Assembly: GCA_963738925.1 (NCBI GenBank)
Contig: CAVTYE010000002.1
Span: 727,905 to 791,904, forward strand
From: an uncultured Chloroflexia bacterium
GTDB lineage: Bacteria > Chloroflexota > Dehalococcoidia > SM23-28-2 > RBG-16-64-32
Direction: 5' to 3'
DNA length: 64,000 bases
Made by a program: the position numbers and the translations under genes. Positions 61,821 to 64,000 of this stretch are shown here, one piece after another. The notes under the pieces are model-generated. The model ran no database searches and was not told the origin of the DNA. It saw only the letters and a list, made by a program, of their open reading frames with translations. Numbering within the stretch: the first letter of the stretch is position 1; each line of letters begins with the position of its first letter.

Positions 61821-63146
61821 ATGCCCAGAGTTATCGTCATCGGCGCAGGCATCGCCGGTCTCACCGCCGCCTACGAGCTTCAGAAGCGCGGCCTCGAGGT
61901 CGTCGTCGTCGAAAAGGAGGCGACTCCCGGCGGCCGCATGCGCTCCGAGCGTCACGGCGACTACGTGATCGAACGCGGCGCACAGTTCATCGCCTCCTCC
62001 TACCGCAACATGCGCGCCCTGGCCGCCGAGCTCGGAATCGCCGACCAGATCGAAAAGCTGGCGGACACACGTAACGCGGTCCTCAAGGACGGCGAGTTCG
62101 TGATGACCAACTACGACGGCCTCGGCGCCCTCCGCAAGTCCCGCGACCTCTCGATCTCCAGCAAGGTGCGCCTGCCCGCCCTCCTCTGGCCGATCTGGAA
62201 GTACCGCAAACGCCTGGACTTCTACCACCCGGAACGCGCCACCCGCCTGGATGACGAGAGCGCCGCCGCCTACACCGAGCGCACCCTGGGCCGCGAGGCG
62301 CTGGACTACCTGATCGAGCCCGCCTTCGCCGGCACCTTCACCGTCCTCCCGGAGAACATGTCCAAGGCCTTCATGTTCAACACCTTCGCCACGATCTTCA
62401 AGGGCTTCCGGCTGCTCTCCTTCCGCGGCGGCAACGGCCTCCTCACCCGGACCCTCGCTTCGCGCCTCGATGTGCGCCTCGCCACGCCTGTAGAGCGCGT
62501 CCAGGCCAACCGCAACGGCGTCGCCGTCTACCCCGTCGGCGGCTCCGACGAGGACATCATCCGCGCCGACGCGGCCGTCGTGGCCGTCCCCGGGAACGCC
62601 GTCAACCGGCTCTGCGGACCGCTCACGCCGATGGAAAGGCAGTTCTTCGCCGGCGTCCGCTACGCTGCCAGCATCATCGTCTTCGTGATGGCCGGCGCCG
62701 AGGCCCTTCCGCCCTTCTACGGCGCCGGCATCACCCGCCGGGAGCGCGTCCGCCTCTACGGACTGGCCGTTGAGAACGCCAAGAGCGGCGTCGTCCCGCC
62801 CGGCAAGACCCTGTTCAACTGCGCGCTCTCCGAAGAGATGGCCGCCGAGCTGATGGACGCCCCCGACGAAGACGTCATCTGGGCCGTCAACCGCGAGCTC
62901 CGCAAACTCCCGCTCCCCGGCCTCGACACCATCGAGGGCTACGTCGTCCACCGCTGGCCCTCGCTCGTCCCGCAATTCTGGCCCGGCTACCACCGCTCGC
63001 TGCGCCGCTTCCTCCGCCGCGCCGACCGCACCCACCGCCTCTTCTTCGCCGGCGACTACCTGGTCGGCCCCTACACAGAGGCCGCCCTCACCTCCGGCCA
63101 GCGCGCCGCCGAGTCCTGCGCGGCCTACCTCTCCGCGCCATCCTGA
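61821..63146 (+). CDS. FAD-dependent oxidoreductase (amine oxidase / protoporphyrinogen oxidase-like)
   Basis: VIVIGAGIAGLTAAYELQKRGLEVVVVEKEATPGGR (GxGxxG dinucleotide fold). C-terminal FFAGDYLVGPYTEAALTSG. Confidence 0.75.
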   Translation: MPRVIVIGAGIAGLTAAYELQKRGLEVVVVEKEATPGGRMRSERHGDYVIERGAQFIASSYRNMRALAAELGIADQIEKLADTRNAVLKDGEFVMTNYDGLGALRKSRDLSISSKVRLPALLWPIWKYRKRLDFYHPERATRLDDESAAAYTERTLGREALDYLIEPAFAGTFTVLPENMSKAFMFNTFATIFKGFRLLSFRGGNGLLTRTLASRLDVRLATPVERVQANRNGVAVYPVGGSDEDIIRADAAVVAVPGNAVNRLCGPLTPMERQFFAGVRYAASIIVFVMAGAEALPPFYGAGITRRERVRLYGLAVENAKSGVVPPGKTLFNCALSEEMAAELMDAPDEDVIWAVNRELRKLPLPGLDTIEGYVVHRWPSLVPQFWPGYHRSLRRFLRRADRTHRLFFAGDYLVGPYTEAALTSGQRAAESCAAYLSAPS

Positions 63147-63151
63147 CCGCC

Positions 63152-63186
63152 CTCACAATTCACTATTCACCATTCACCATTCTCAG
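63152..63186 (+). repeat. Heptad tract CTCACAA TTCACTA TTCACCA TTCACCA TTCTCAG downstream of the oxidoreductase stop
   Basis: 7-nt periodic. G-free from 63150 to 63185. Confidence 0.7.
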
Positions 63187-63234
63187 ACGCGCTGCCCCTA
63201 AGCGCCCGCTCAACTAAACTGCTAGTCACGTCCC

Positions 63235-64000
63235 ATGGAAGAGCTCCAGACCACCGAACCGCCAATCGCCGAGGTCGAACGTTCGCTTCTCCTCTCGCTC
63301 TTTCGCGGGCAGCGCTTCTCCTCGCTCCAGTCGTCCCAATTTCGCTGGCTGCTGGCAGGCACGGCCCTCTCCCAGGTCGCCAGCTGGATGGAGGAAGTCA
63401 CCCGCAGCTGGCTCGTCCTCCAGCTCACCAACTCGCCCGTCCAGCTGGGCATCCTCGCCTTCATCCGGGGCATGAGCCAGCTCATCGTCTCACCCTTCGC
63501 CGGCGTCCTCACTGACCGCATCGACCGCCGCCGCCTGGCGATCATCACCCAGCTCATGCCCGCCGCCGACGCCGTCATCGTCGGCACGCTCGTGGCCACC
63601 GGGCAGATCGCGATCTGGCAGCTCTATCCGCTGGTCACCATCGCCGGGATCAGCGGCGCGATCAACATCCCCTGCCGCCAGGTGCTGGTCTACGACGTTG
63701 TCGGCGGCGAAGGCATCACCAACGCCATCGGCCTCAGCTCCGTCGTCTCCAACATCTCGCGCATCCTGGCGCCCGTCGCCGGCGGCGTCACGATCGCGGC
63801 CATCGGCATCAGCGCCTCCTACTACACCCAGATGGTCTTCTTCGTCCTCGCCACCGGCGCTACTTGGATGCTCCACCCGATGATGCATGCCGAGCCCGTC
63901 CGCGAGCCCTACCTCCGCAGCATCCGCAACGGCTTCGCCTACACCCGCCGTGACCCCAAGATCGCCCGCCTGGTGCTGCTCAACTCCATCCCCAACCTGC
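63235..64000 (+). CDS. MFS transporter (MFS_3 / EntS-like), 5' part; runs off the window
   Basis: Not in the track because it has no stop in the window. ATG 63235: MEELQTTEPP...FRWLLAGTALSQVASWMEEVTRSWLVLQLTNSP...GVLTDRIDRRRL...QLYPLVTIAGISGA... Confidence 0.75.
   Translation, partial: MEELQTTEPPIAEVERSLLLSLFRGQRFSSLQSSQFRWLLAGTALSQVASWMEEVTRSWLVLQLTNSPVQLGILAFIRGMSQLIVSPFAGVLTDRIDRRRLAIITQLMPAADAVIVGTLVATGQIAIWQLYPLVTIAGISGAINIPCRQVLVYDVVGGEGITNAIGLSSVVSNISRILAPVAGGVTIAAIGISASYYTQMVFFVLATGATWMLHPMMHAEPVREPYLRSIRNGFAYTRRDPKIARLVLLNSIPNL

Overview
This 64-kb bacterial window has two visibly different halves.

**Left half, about nt 1-32,720: accessory/defence island.** It is moderately GC-rich with AT-rich spacers. 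It contains:
- Two RHS/YD polymorphic-toxin loci. One is partial at the left edge. The other encodes a 2,255-aa protein with a glycine-zipper-like C-terminal domain and a 2-TM immunity candidate.
- Three copies of one IS3-family element. Two are nested one inside the other, and one is inverted about 12 kb away. Several gene remnants abut them.
- A stand-alone SIR2-TPR protein.
- A short-pAgo operon (SIR2 / HATPase_c_4-like / APAZ-position protein plus a MID-PIWI Argonaute). It is SPARSA-like but has an unusually long partner.
- A divergently transcribed DUF4263 (Shedu-type) nuclease fusion.
- A decayed DUF262/HNH gene.
- An RT-nitrilase (DRT type 1 / UG1-like) and a convergent DEDDh exonuclease.

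The island ends at two head-to-head partial tRNA 3' halves (Gly-CCC and Pro-UGG).

**Right half, about nt 32,730-64,000: core genome.** It is strongly GC-rich with GC3-saturated codons. Genes include tatA, a cyclophilin, MaoC, two PD40 propeller proteins, a MacB-like ABC pair, an AmiC-like protein, tRNA-Arg, otsA/otsB, comM, serS, sucD, dapF, miaA, tpiA and apgM. The gene content suggests a Chloroflexota-like organism, but this is inference only.

**Non-genic signals in the core half:**
- G-free, heptad-periodic TTCACNN tracts sit in spacers.
- A TANNNT-N6-ATG arrangement suggests leaderless promoters.

**Caveats.** Many genes are split by single-nt frameshifts, so assembly indel error must be excluded before calling pseudogenes. 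All family calls come from motif recognition by eye. No database search was run.
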